DNA of 63,766 nt, filler included, from Octopus bimaculoides (GCF_001194135.2; 5 parts of 4 records of this genome joined end to end with filler, not necessarily neighbours in it), one strand, 5' to 3'; positions 13,561 to 26,164 are shown, numbered from the whole stretch's first letter. The notes: generated by a model from the letters alone, not told the origin. Numbers and translations: made by a program.

Positions 13561-13989
13561 CGGGGGAGAGAGAGAGGGGAGAGAGGGAAGGAGAGAGGGA
13601 GGGAGAGAGGAAGAAGTTCAATCTTTTTGATTCGTAATTCTTAGTATCATGTTACCGATCTTTGAAGAGATTGAATTAGGGAAGCAGTGTGACGGTGACG
13701 GTATATAAACAAAATAATCCTGAAACTTTGAAATATGAATAGTCAACAGTGCCTCGAGATTTGATTGGTTGCCGAGAAATACATTACTTAATGAATGACA
13801 TATTCATAAACAAAGTTATGCGCAGAACATTTGACACTTCCATCTATTCACGTGCCGAGACATACGATGTGTTGATGTGTTCAGTATGATGTGTATAAAT
13901 CACACAAAAGTAATGACACAGATTCTATTGTATTTTTTAAATATCTATAACCATCTTTCAGATTAAGCCCCTTCCTGGGTGATATAGAC

Positions 13990-14212
13990 CCATAGAACCG
14001 GTTTCCTGGATTTCATGCCGCATGTATTCCCCGTTCCCTCAACGGGACTTCGTTTCATTGCAAGATTACTCAATAGTGCCAGCCGAGTGGGCTGGAACAA
14101 CATGGAACAAAGTGCTTTGCTCAAGAACACAACGCGTTGCCCGGGCCAGGAATTGAAACCACCATCTTACGGTCATGAGTCCAACAAGCTAACCACTAAG
14201 TCATGCACTTCC
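13990..14212 (-). mobile_element. tRNA-derived SINE family D copy
   Basis: Minus-strand head gtgcatgacttagtggttag...ggtttcaattcctggcccggg; similar to 15890-16070, 27900-28005 and 54540-54835. Confidence 0.7.
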
Positions 14213-14396
14213 AAATCTTTCAGAGTAAGGTAAATCCATAATGTAGGAAACGATCTATTTTAACCGGCTGGTATTTGGAAATTCCTAATTAAATAGCGAT
14301 CGGTATTTCTGTTGAAAAAACAAACCTTTTATGGCTGAATATGTAAACACACGGCTCAAGCCAATATTCATTGGTGTGTTAGTAAGGTGAGTCTGT

Positions 14397-14783
14397 GGAG
14401 AGGCAATGGCCCAGTGGTTAGGGCTGCGTACTCGCGGTCGTAGGATCACGGTTTCGATTCCCAGACCGGGCGTTGTGAGTGTTTATTGAGCGAAAACACC
14501 TAAAATTCCACGAGGCTCCGGTAGGGGATGGTGGCGAACCCTGCTGTACTCTTTCACCACAACTTTCTCTCACTCTTTCTTCCCGTTTCTGTTGTACCTG
14601 TATTTCAAAGGGTCAGCCTTGTCACACTGTGTGTCACGCTGAATCTCCCCGAGAACTACATTACGGGTACACGTGTCTGTGGAATGCTCAGCCACTTGCA
14701 CGTTAATTTCACGAGCAGGCTGTTCCGTTGATCGGATCAACAAGAACACTCGTCGTCGTAATCGACGGAGTGCCAACAACAAC
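14397..14783 (+). mobile_element. tRNA-derived SINE family C, full length, with 13-bp TSD
   Basis: A-box tggcccagtgg, B-box ggtttcgattcc, (aac)n tail; flanked by the direct repeat aaggtgagtctgt at 14384-14396 and 14784-14796. Confidence 0.95.
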
Positions 14784-15889
14784 AAGGTGAGTCTGTATTC
14801 AGAGCTGATCTCGGGTTCGAAAGATGTAAACATGTGTGTTTTAGACAATTGAGAATACGTATTTAAGAAGTTCCTACATAACAGACATCTTCCAATTATT
14901 GAAAACGTTCTTTTTACTTGCTCAGAGGATATTGCTTATCCCAAGGATCTGTAAATTGAGCAGGAATTACACTACGTGACGTTGAAAATGACTGCAAGAA
15001 ATCCAACAGTCAAAAGCCATACTGCTTTAGGTTCCACTTTCCTTTTTCGATTTACCTGAAGACTCAAGGATTCAAGACGTCCCTGCTCTATAATAAGGTG
15101 GGATTTTGTTGACAGAGACATTGCATGTTCCAAAGGATACTATAATCCTAGAGTTTGTTTATCTGAAAAGCTCCAGACAGCACACAGTATTACAGCATTA
15201 TTCGACAAATAAAAAGAAGAAAGAAAAAAAAGGTTTTCTGATGGGAGTAGATAGGGACTGGATGGGACTGGATAGGTCGAGGGCTGATGATTTGTAAAGT
15301 TAATGGTGTCATAATTTGTGCTTTGTGGATGGTATAAATGGTGTGAGGCTCACAGTAATATTGAACAGAATATAATCTGAACGTTTGAGGCGATCCCAGT
15401 AATAAAATAAAAGTTTATTATGCCATTTCTTCATTTGTAATTTACCTCTGGTCTGTTTCAGTTTTCATTATACTCTGCTATAGATAGACCACAGGGGGGA
15501 AAATAGTCGGTAGAGAAGAGATAATGTATCAGAATCTGTACCCTGGAAACTCTTAAGGATCTTAAGACTACATTCAGTTGTTCATATCGAGTATGTTGTT
15601 AATATGGACACTCTAGCTTAGGTTCTGTTCAACAATTATAGTTAAGTTTGTGACATTATTTCTTGCCATGAGGGACTTTCCCGAGAAAAGAGGATGAACC
15701 TAAATTTTCCACATTTAGTTGTGTGTTGTTTATATCGCCCATTAAATCAAGGCACATAGAACTAATTGGAGTCCTGTCTGGTGACCTTGCCGTCTTTCTA
15801 GAGCTTACAATTAACCTCTGGACATTACTGTCTCGAGTCCTACAACAGGTTACCCACTTTTCATGCCGATAAGTGACCGGGATCACACC

Positions 15890-16070
15890 ATTTACCCTGA
15901 ACGGGGTGCCAGTCTGTCACAGGGTTACTCATTTACAACTCAGTGGACTGAAGCAACATGAAATCAAATGTCTTGCACAAAAACACATCGCATCGCCTTG
16001 TCTAGCAATCGAAACCATGATCATGCGATCCTATGTACACCACCCTGACAACTAGGCCACGCGCTTCACA
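15890..16070 (-). mobile_element. SINE family D copy
   Basis: Minus-strand tRNA-like head gtgaagcgcgtggcctagttgtcagg...ggtttcgattgc. Confidence 0.7.
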
Positions 16071-17095
16071 GAACGCTCAGACATACGCCAAAGTCCTTAT
16101 TTTGTTGTGTATTACATTATGACGTCATTTACACAATGAAGAGAAATGGCTCCAACACAGTGCTCTTGCTTCAGGACAACTAATGAATTTTACTAAAACT
16201 ACATAGATCACAAATTGTCAGCTTCCATTACTAGGAAATATTCAGTCCTACACAATAGCTATCTACGCACTCCAATGATGGAGAGATTGTCAACAGAATG
16301 CAATCCTTAACTACGTTGGAGAGCTTCGTTGCTGAAGTGAAGGTCCATAAGACCTATGCTGAAGCTATCTCCCTAAATATTTAAATGTCAGCAAAGTGAC
16401 GTAGTAACTGTCAAGCAGTCTCTGGTACTACGGATTGGGATTTAGAACGTTGTTGATCCTTGGGAAGACTCGTTTTTTGTTTCTATCTCACCACTCTCTC
16501 ATATATAGAAATATCATCAACAGAGCAAGGTTATATATGTATATAAGCTATGTATGTATATATATATATATATTTTTTTTTTTTTTAATTTATTTTATAG
16601 TTTCAGCTTAGAGCTGCGGCCATGCTGATGCACCGCCGTGATATATAGATATCTATATATAATGTATGCCCTATCTACATATTTATGTATTTGTGCGTGT
16701 GTGCATGTGTGTGTGTGTTTCCATAATCACACTGCTATATATACATATACATGTATATTTATATATATATGTATATTTATGGATTTATATATTTATATAC
16801 ATATATAAATACATAAATNNNNNNNNNNNNNNNNNNNNNNNNNNNNNNNNNNNNNNNNNNNNNNNNNNNNNNNNNNNNNNNNNNNNNNNNNNNNNNNNNN
16901 NNNNNNNNNNNNNNNNNNNNNNNNNNNNNNNNNNNNNNGCATACGTACATTCACACGCATATATCATGCATATCATAAGTCCATATGTAGTGACAGATAT
17001 ACACTCGTTTCATGAGCGTGTATATATTTTCTTGCATTATTATACGGCTTTCGGCCTTGTAACAATGCACACAAACAGATATATTACTAGGATTT

Positions 17096-17096
17096 G

Positions 17097-17144
<48 letters not shown>

Positions 17145-17146
17145 TG
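17096..17146. repeat. (GCGT)n tetranucleotide microsatellite
   Basis: Directly visible. Confidence 0.95.
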
Positions 17147-17644
17147 TAACTACATAACCGCAAGCACTGATATTCCATTAAACATCCATAAAACATATCC
17201 CTTTTCTTCTTGAACCAATGATGTTGAACAAGTTAACTATTGCTTTTGACCTAAAAATAAAAATAATAATAACCGAAGAAAAGAATTTTAGAAGTGAATG
17301 TAAAAGTCTCAGAACGCTGTGACATATTTACTGTATTTACAAACTTTGAAATGTTAAGAAGATCAGCTCTATTTCATTTTTAGTTCAAAACAACACATTT
17401 CTAACAATTCCGCTGGGACATTATACAAACTTGTGCAAGTTGTCGAGTTGTGTATTGTGACAAAGAGTATAACTTTTTATGAAGTTTAATCGACTTTGCT
17501 TTATCTAAACAGAAACACTGACAATAAACAGCAACATTAACAATAATACCAACACAGGCTTTTCTACGTTGTTGCTTAATATGCAGGATATAGCAGTAAG
17601 ATTTCCTTCAACGTTTAAAACAGAAAAGGCCACATTCTTTTCTA

Positions 17645-18066
17645 CTCTAAGCACAAGGCTCGAAATTTTGGGGGAAGTGGGCCAGTCGATTAGATCGACC
17701 CCAGTACGCAACTGGCTCTTAATTTATCGACCCCGAAAGAATGAAAGGCAAAGTCTACCTCGGCGGAATTTGAACTCAGAACGTAAAAACAGACGAAATA
17801 CCGCTAAGCATTTCGCCCGATGTGCTAACGTTTCTTATTTCTTTATTGCCCACAAGGGGCTAAACATAGATGGGACAAAGAAGGACAGACAAAGGGATTA
17901 AGTCGATTACATTGACCCCAGTGCGTAACTGGTACTTAATTTATCGACCTCGAAAGGATGAATGGCAAAGCCGACCTCGGCAGAATTTGAACTCAGAACG
18001 TAACGGCAGACGAAATACCGCTAAGCATTTCGCTCGGCGTGCTAACGATTCTGCCGGCTCGCCGCC
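17645..18066 (-). mobile_element. Two tandem, near-intact SINE family B copies (dimer)
   Basis: Two consecutive units each containing gaccccagt.cg.aactgg, gaaaggcaaag..gacctcggc.gaatttgaactcagaacgta and gacgaaataccgctaagcatttcgc. Confidence 0.9.
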
Positions 18067-18109
18067 ATCGTTTCACTATTGTATTGTTGCTGTGTAGTAG
18101 GAAAGTTGT

Positions 18110-18964
18110 AATAAAGCTAAAGCACGTAGAGTAAAGCCGCTTCTCACAAATTGACTGCAAACTTTGCTGTACCTGTGCACTAAGTTTTAACGTTCTAGCT
18201 CACTTCCTCTGTTTAGTGCAGTGCTTGGAAGGAACGGGTATAGCGTGTGATTGTCACATTGAGCATGACAGAGAAAGTTGAGCAGAGAATCTGCACCAAA
18301 TTTTGCCAAAGGCTTGGCGATACCTGCTCAATGGCCTACGCATAGTTTTCCAAAAGGTTTCATCGTTCTACACAAAATCAATAAGATTTTGTGCAACTGA
18401 AACCTGAGTGTCTTTTTGGTCAGCTGAAAGTAGTTTTGGCACAAACTTGGTAGACACGTTTCTCATACCCGAATCTTCGGTGATAATGGACTGAACTGAA
18501 CCGTAACTAATCTGAACATCCTCTGATAATTCACAGATGGTAATTCGACGATTTCTCCCTCACAGCTGCATGCACATCTGCGATGTTTTCCTTAGTTCTG
18601 CTGGTTGCGGGTCTCCCAGAATGATCATTAATATCGACATTTTTTCGGCCATCTTGGAAACGTCTGAACCACTCGTACACTTGTATGCGGCTCATACACT
18701 CCTCTCCATGTACTTTCTGCAGCTTTGCACAGGCTTCTGAGCAGATATCGCCATGACAACTTTCTCTGTCATTGCCAATGCGACCATCACACGCTACACA
18801 CGTTTCTTCCAAGCACTGCTGTAAACAGCGGAAGAGAGCTAGAACGTTAACGCTTAGTGCGCATGCACATCAGAATTCAAGGGCAATCTTTGCAAAGCGG
18901 CTTCACTGTGTGCTTCAGCTTCGTTATTATGGCAACAGTCCGGTTACTTATTGATCAGAGCTCG
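18110..18964 (-). mobile_element. mariner relic with an inverted duplicate of its own 5' end
   Basis: Minus-strand HTH region ACAKLQKVHGEECMSRIQVYEWFRRFQDGRKNVDINDHSGRP, continuing to ...VSTKFVPKLL. TIR cgagctctgatcaataagtaaccggactg ends at 18964 next to TA. 18110-18342 is a plus-strand copy of the same 5' region encoding MTEKVEQRICTKFCQRLG. Confidence 0.85.
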
Positions 18965-19496
18965 TATTTATATATCTTCACTCTCGCATACTCATACAAA
19001 CCGCCCTACTCATTGGCAAATAAGCTAATTGTTAAAACCTCCGATTTAAGTTGAATATCATACATAAACTATATCTATCGTATATATTGTCTATTAAAAA
19101 AGCCATTGAATTTCAATAAATAATAAAAATAGAAAGCAAATCTATCATAAAATTAAATTTATTGTTCACTAACCTAGAACTGAACAACAATATATTATGT
19201 ACACTTCAACTGCGGGCTTTCCTTTCCTCAGTTTATTTGCTCTCATATATATGCGCTCTTTATGTTATGCTCTTGCTCGGTTGTGTAGTTAAGAAGTTTG
19301 TTTCGAAATCAGTTCATGATTGTCGATCACATTGCAAGGCACTTGAAGTAAGTTTAATTATGACACTTGCGGTGATGAATAACTTTCTAGTGGGACTTGG
19401 GAGACAAAACTGTGTCCGTCATACACACACACACAATCACACACGCATACACACGTACACAGGCACACACATATGTATGTGTTAGACAGAATAATA

Positions 19497-19551
19497 GATA
19501 GATAGATAGACAGATTGATAGATAGACAGATAGACAGACAAACAGACAGAC

Positions 19552-19606
<55 letters not shown>

Positions 19607-19639
19607 CAAATAGACAGATAGATAGATAGATAGATAGAT

Positions 19640-19708
<69 letters not shown>
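19497..19708. repeat. (GATA)n/(GACA)n microsatellite
   Basis: Directly visible; accounts for the IYLS-repeat ORFs. Confidence 0.95.
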
Positions 19709-19869
19709 TGATGATATATATTAAACTCGTTCAATTTATTCAATCGATCAATCAAATGATTGAGTAAAAACGGAACTATGAACATAACTATAATGCACAT
19801 CTGAAAGAGGTGTAAAGTATAAGATGCACAAGTAATGGAATATGTAAAGCTCATTATTTATGCCTTTTC

Positions 19870-19919
19870 TTGTGTGTGTGTGTGTGTGTGTGTGTGCGTT
19901 GCTGTGTGTGTGTGCGTTG

Positions 19920-19997
<78 letters not shown>
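19870..19997. repeat. (GT)n microsatellite
   Basis: Directly visible. Confidence 0.95.
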
Positions 19998-19999
<2 letters not shown>

Positions 20000-21084
20000 C
20001 AAGAATGTTGTACGAAACAGCGTTGAATAATGTATATTCCTGTAAAGTTATGTTTAACACGTTCGAGTGTAGTTGAATGTGATAAGATTTACTGCTGTAG
20101 AATCAGTCCTGGGAGAAAATTCTGCACACGTTTGCATCCTCCAATTTAATTACTATATACTTTATACTTCGTGAAATGGAAGTGCCTGAACGTTCTAAGA
20201 GGAGTAAATATAGTGTTAATGACATGTGTTTAGTACATAGATTTGAATATTATGATGCAAAAAGATGGAAGATATATATATTTATATATAATTTGGGAAA
20301 ACAAATTTCCAAATCAATCAGGTACACCCTTCAGCAATATATGCATCTCATATAAATTTTACAGGTGACTAAAACTCAGATAGCTGTATCTCCTTCTACT
20401 TCTTTTCACCGTATACAATTAGCCCTATCGGTATTTAAGCAAATCTCCATCATCTGCTTAAATCTAAAACACGACGAATAACACTAAGAAAATTGCACAC
20501 ATAGTTCTTTCACTATACACAGAAGAGCAACATTAAAACGTACATAGATATGCAAATTACAATATCACAATATCACCTTATATAGTAAAAAATATATGTA
20601 CATGCAAACGTGTAGATATGAGTGCACAATAACATGTATTGCCACATGCATATGTTTACTGCTACACCCTCACAACTACCTTAATAGCTACACCGTGGTC
20701 AGCTGAAAGGCACTCCTTAACTCTCACTTCGTACATTAGGTGCCTGTTACAGGTAAAATATAACTTCTTACTCTGTCCCATTAACCTAGAAGTAAATACA
20801 GCTAACGTCACATACATTCATGCTTTTCTTACCATTAAATTCAATGATGCATTCAAAAAAATTACGTCAAGAAAATTATTCACAAACGTACTGCTTCGAT
20901 GCACAAAACGTGCGCTCACGAAATTGTATAACCTCCGGCTTCAGATATGTTTTAGAAAGCCATATACCTTCAGGTCGATAAAACAAGTACAGTAGAGTAC
21001 TGGGATCATTGTAATCGACCTATCCCCAACTCCAGAAATTGCTGGCCTTGAGCCAAAATTTAAAACCAAATATTCTTTTCTTTC

Positions 21085-21310
21085 CTACTCTAGGCACAAG
21101 GCACGAAATTTTGGGGGAGGGGGCCCAATCGATTAGATCGAACCCAGTACGTGACTTGTACTTAAGTTATCGACCCCGAACGGATGAAAGGTAAAGTCAA
21201 CCTCGGTGGAACTTGAACTCAGAACGTTCTATGTACGTTTTAATGTTGCTCTTCTGACGAAACGCCTTAAGCATTTCGCCCGGCGTGCTAACGTTTCTGC
21301 CAGCTCGTCA
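21085..21310 (-). mobile_element. SINE family B copy
   Basis: Same consensus as 17645-18066. Confidence 0.85.
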
Positions 21311-22825
21311 CCTTCCAAATATTACCGTGCTTCCAACAGTCATTTATATTCTACGTTAATTACAGCCACATGGTCTGGGCCATTTGGGAGATATTGTTTG
21401 AGCAAGGACACAGTATTGTGTTGGTCACGTAATACGAACCAGTAACCTTAGGTTCTTGCATCTTGCATTCTCTCCATTATATTACCGGCGCTCTCGTCGT
21501 CACAATAGGATAAGACAAAAGGATTAGAAACAAGAACCGAAGGGTTTATGGGTTTATCAAGGGTTCGTCACTGATCCATATATCTAAACAATCGTGGGAA
21601 ACAAACCGACGCCCATTTGTTGTCGATGTAACATAAGGCCTTCAGATACGTCACAGATAGTCTGCGAATAACTAACCGACACAGAAAGCTACCTCCTCAT
21701 TTGTAATCGTGAATGAGTACACACATACATACCATTACACATAAACACACACACATTTCATTTATACAGGCACACACGTAAACAAACACACACACAGACA
21801 CTTATAAACAGCAGCGTATTGGAACACATGGAGACAATTACATTGTATATATTGACGCAGACAAGTACACATAAAACAACATGGCTAGCACATGCGTAGT
21901 GGACTCCAAGCCACATTTTATGTTATTTGATGCCAGAAATGTTGTAAATAATAATATTACTTTTTGTTTTTGTTATTGTTTTTCGCTTACTTCAATACTC
22001 AGGATAACTATCTACCTATTTAGCCGGTTATTTTACTTGCATGCTTTCTGGTTAGCTGTCTCTGAAGCTATTACAATATCCAACGACCTTAAGACGTAAA
22101 TACGCTGACAGCTACAATCACGAGTTAAAATACATAGTCACTCGAACAGACAAACACGAAACATTCAATAAGATATTCGTTGACGAACAAAACAAATATA
22201 AAATATTATAGCATTCAGATTCACATAGAGTGATAATAATATAGACATTTCGTTGGACGGCGACAAAGCTGATTAGCTTTTATGAAATTAGTTTTATGAA
22301 ATGTTTTTTTTTTTTTTGTACTTTTATAACTTTGCTACTGTGCTTCAAATACTTAATAGCAATTATATTCATTCTTTCAAGTTTTGCAGTAACAGAAGGC
22401 AAATATAATACTTTTACATAGTTTCTAGGTTATTTTCAAAATTATCCTCAAATGAAGTTTTTTGGGATAATGAAAAACGTGTTTAGTATTACAGAACTTT
22501 TAGCAACATGGACCCTACTCTCACAAATGATACATATATGGATTCAGGCTATCCCCAGGGGTATTTCTATCCTACTCTGTCTAGCGACCAGCGGCGCAAT
22601 TTTAGACCACACCTTTTGACGAGCAAAATGCAAACTAAGAAGTATGAATGCAAACTTAGAAGGATAGAAAGCAAACAAGCTGGATATTATTTGGAAAATA
22701 TTGTTTTGATTCTCGGTGTTCTGCATGTATTTGATGATTTATAATCGGTTTGACAATATGTATCAGCATGTTTCAACAAATTATTTACCGATTTCTATAA
22801 ACAAGAGTCATCACTCTTGCTTCGG

Positions 22826-22909
22826 TCATTGACTCGGAGGTAGCTTGGACTGAAGAGACACAACCAAATCGAAACACCGCAATGTCTCAAAGGCTCCTTA
22901 CGTCAATGA
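22826..22909 (+). ncRNA. Type-I hammerhead ribozyme (predicted), extended stem I
   Basis: CTGAAGA core (22850-56); stem II GA..TC (22857-70); GAAA (22871-74); stem III ACA/TGT with ccgcaa loop; GTC cleavage triplet (22884-86). Stem I pairs 22826-49 with 22887-909: cttgga/tcaaag, ggag/ctcc, tcattgac/gtcaatga. Confidence 0.7.
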
Positions 22910-23848
22910 ATTTGGAGAGGTTGCTCTCCTAAGACGAGATACAGTAGTTCGGGTTTGCTGGGATAAGATGCTTCTGAATAGCAAATATGTTATTGATCAA
23001 ATCCTTTCTCTCAGGACAAAATCGACAGAACATGAGGTGAAAGTCAGTTTTTTCATATTGAGTTCATTCTTCAACAGGAAAATGTGTTGTTGTTTTTTGG
23101 TTTTTTTTTCATAGCATAAGCTAATTTAATTTTACTTTCAAACGGTTTTTAAAAATGAAATAAAAATTTACGAAAGTTAAAACAATATTTATTTTCATAG
23201 AAATAACGTTAGAAAAATTGTACTTATCGATATCAATCTAGAAAGAAAGAAAAACAAATTCGGAGGTGCAGAGAAAGGACAGGCTTTAAAAATTTCAAAA
23301 GCTAGCTTGACAAAACTTTTAGTCCATTTTTGTATTTAGTTTGCAAGATCTTTGATGTGAATTCGTGTATTGAAACAAATCGTGTTGTGTCTTGGGGGGA
23401 TTATTACACCAATAATACATGCACTGGTTCAATATCACTTCTTTATTGTTATTCAATTCGTTAAATAGGTCACAAATCTTTAGATTCCAGCAAAATGGTG
23501 AGTAAAGTTTGTGTGGAGTTTTGACTCAACATGATCGGGTGAAGTTTCACACAGAACAAATCACTAAAAAGGCACCAGAAAACCGGATGGAATTTTGACA
23601 GTCAAATTCTCGCATGATACATTTTATTTACGCAAATTAAGAGTTATTGATTTTTTCTCATATATATTTTTAAAACATTTTCTTAAATTTCTTAAACTGA
23701 AGGCCCAGATCAAAAATCCCTCCTGAAGGGACACTAATATACTCCTTTTTTCCAGGTTCTCGGGTGTGATATGATGGATATTTGCTTGTCATTATTACAT
23801 CTGTCTATTAATTAGATGCGCTGTTATTGTCCTGTATGCGAGCTATTC

Positions 23849-24077
23849 TCTACATTTTATAGGATCAGCAGGTGTTATCTACATTTTATAGGACCAGCAA
23901 GTATTATCTACATTTTATAGGATCAGCAGGTGTTATCTACATTTTATAGGATCAGCAGGTGTTATCTACATTTTATAGGATCAGCAGGTATTATCTACAT
24001 TTTATAGGATCAGCAGGTATTATCTACATTTTATAGGATCAGCAGGTGTTATCTACATTTTATAGGATCAGCAGGTA
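23849..24077. repeat. 29-bp minisatellite, 8 copies (tctacattttataggatcagcaggtgtta)
   Basis: Units start at 23849, 23878, 23907, 23936, 23965, 23994, 24023 and 24052; no spacers; few substitutions. Confidence 0.95.
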
Positions 24078-25219
24078 CATATCTTCTAATCTTGAAAACA
24101 ACATACAACTTTGATTGGAAAGAAAACATGAAATTTGAAGGTCAGAGATCTGAGTACCACTAAGGAGAATTGGAGTTGGGTTATGTTCTGATCTTTGCAG
24201 GTTTTCCATGAGTTTCATTCAGGTAGGTAAAGAGAATCAGTAACGGTATTCGAAGTTTGTCCAAAAGACGTTTACTCATTGATATTTCATATGATCACAA
24301 TACTTGAGGAAGGAATAGGATTGATTATATTGACCTTAGTACTTCACTGGTACTTTATGTTATCGATTTCGAAGAATGAAAGGTTAAGTTTATCCTGGGA
24401 GGTTTCATAGAAAATATACATATATATTACATACATCAAGACATTGATACAGAATCAAATTCAGAGGCCAACTTATATCTTAAGCGTATAACAATAGTGG
24501 TGCCCTCTCGACCCTTCCATCGTCCAAATGACAAGATATTAAGACCTAATATGTACTGAATGTAAAAGAATAGCTTACATGTTGAGTTTTCTTCAGAGTC
24601 AAACGTGTTAGATATATTTTCTTATCATCTTATTATCAGTTTCTTCCAGAGGTTGTGGCCACACTGGAGCATCGTCAGTAGTAACCTAAACCAGAAAGTG
24701 TAGTTATAGGCCCATCACGCTTCTACTGTGCCACCCTGCTTTTTATCTTTTTATAATTTTATTTATTCAACACAACATAGAAGTAAGCAATATGAGAAAA
24801 TTATTTATTTACAAGTTATAGAAACCGGAAGAGATGCAGCTGTTTAATACTTCTTGATCCACCTGCACCATTTACTTAATGGTAAATCCTTATTTTTCTT
24901 TAATGGTTAATCCGGGTCTGGTGTGATGGGGGAAGTGCTGATACCAACCCATTTAATCTCTACCCGCATCACCTTTCCCTCCTCACTCAGAACATGCATA
25001 GTTGCTTCTAGAATCATATCGCTACCCTGTTATGTAATATGTATACATAAAGTCAATACCTTCTCTTCATTCGTCATCCCTTTGCTCATTAAGCACTCTG
25101 TAAAGTTGACGCCTTTCTATCCGAACACTAATCTTCTCTTCTTTGTTTATTCTCTATTCTTTTACATTCTCGTCTTGTAAAGGAGTGTGAAAGGCCCTCA
25201 TTTTCCGCTAACTATATCT

Positions 25220-25238
25220 TACACACACACACACACAA

Positions 25239-25335
<97 letters not shown>
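25220..25335. repeat. (CA)n microsatellite
   Basis: Directly visible. Confidence 0.95.
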
Positions 25336-25336
<1 letters not shown>

Positions 25337-26164
25337 CTATTCTCACACACGCACACACACTCTTTCACTACACTCTCTCACACATACATACGCACTCACA
25401 TATATATTCATGCATCACCCAGAGGAAGAAGTTGATTTTGCATTGAATTCTCTGCAAGAGAAAACTTTTGTGTTTTCGGCATTAGGCAGTGTCATGTGAC
25501 TAATTTGACACACGTTTCATTCTTATGACCGCCTCTCACCACCGTTCTGTTTTGTTTTTTGTTTTTTGTTTATGGTTTTGTTTTGTTCTTTTTTCTGGTT
25601 TTCTTTTTGTTTACTTTTCATGTTTTGCCGCCACAGTTCTCCATTACAGCACTGTATACTGGGGCGTATGATAGAACATAAAGAGATGCCGATGTGGGTT
25701 ATCCATGTTTGTGAGTAAGAGGAAACCGAGAGCAGAAAGAGGACTGAAGACCTGGGATTGGTGTACAAAATTTGAAATGAGTGAATGTTTGGTAAAATTT
25801 CGTTTAAACAATTCTAGGTTAATTTTCAGGGGTGGTAGTAACGGTGGGAAGAAGGGGCTGCTTTCCTACAGAGAGAGAGAGGAAAATTTGATCCACGTTA
25901 TTTTCGTTGTTCAAACCCAAATCACCCCTAAGTAAGGAAACTATGATCAAAGTTATTCAAGTAGGAACAGTCGTGGTTTTTTTTTCTTTCTACAGGAAAT
26001 TGTGTAAACACGAACTACAAAGATTGGTCAGTTGTGGTTGGTAAACTCTTGACCATAGATTTATTCAATCTATGTGCTAACGTTTCTGCCTGTTTGCCGC
26101 CTTTATGAAAATAAAAATTTCATCAAGTTATACACATTTGCAGCTTTTATTACTAAGGCGTCAT

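Noticed and set aside
16120-16127. Perfect CRE palindrome TGACGTCA
   Set aside because: A single 8-mer is expected by chance in 64 kb and has no supporting promoter context.
22508-22744. 78-aa ORF with a good Kozak context just upstream of the hammerhead
   Set aside because: No recognisable domain and no convincing donor; ORFs this long occur by chance. Worth rechecking only if the hammerhead locus proves transcribed.
23849-24077. CRISPR-like array
   Set aside because: The 29-bp units are contiguous with no unique spacers, there are no cas genes, and the context is eukaryotic.
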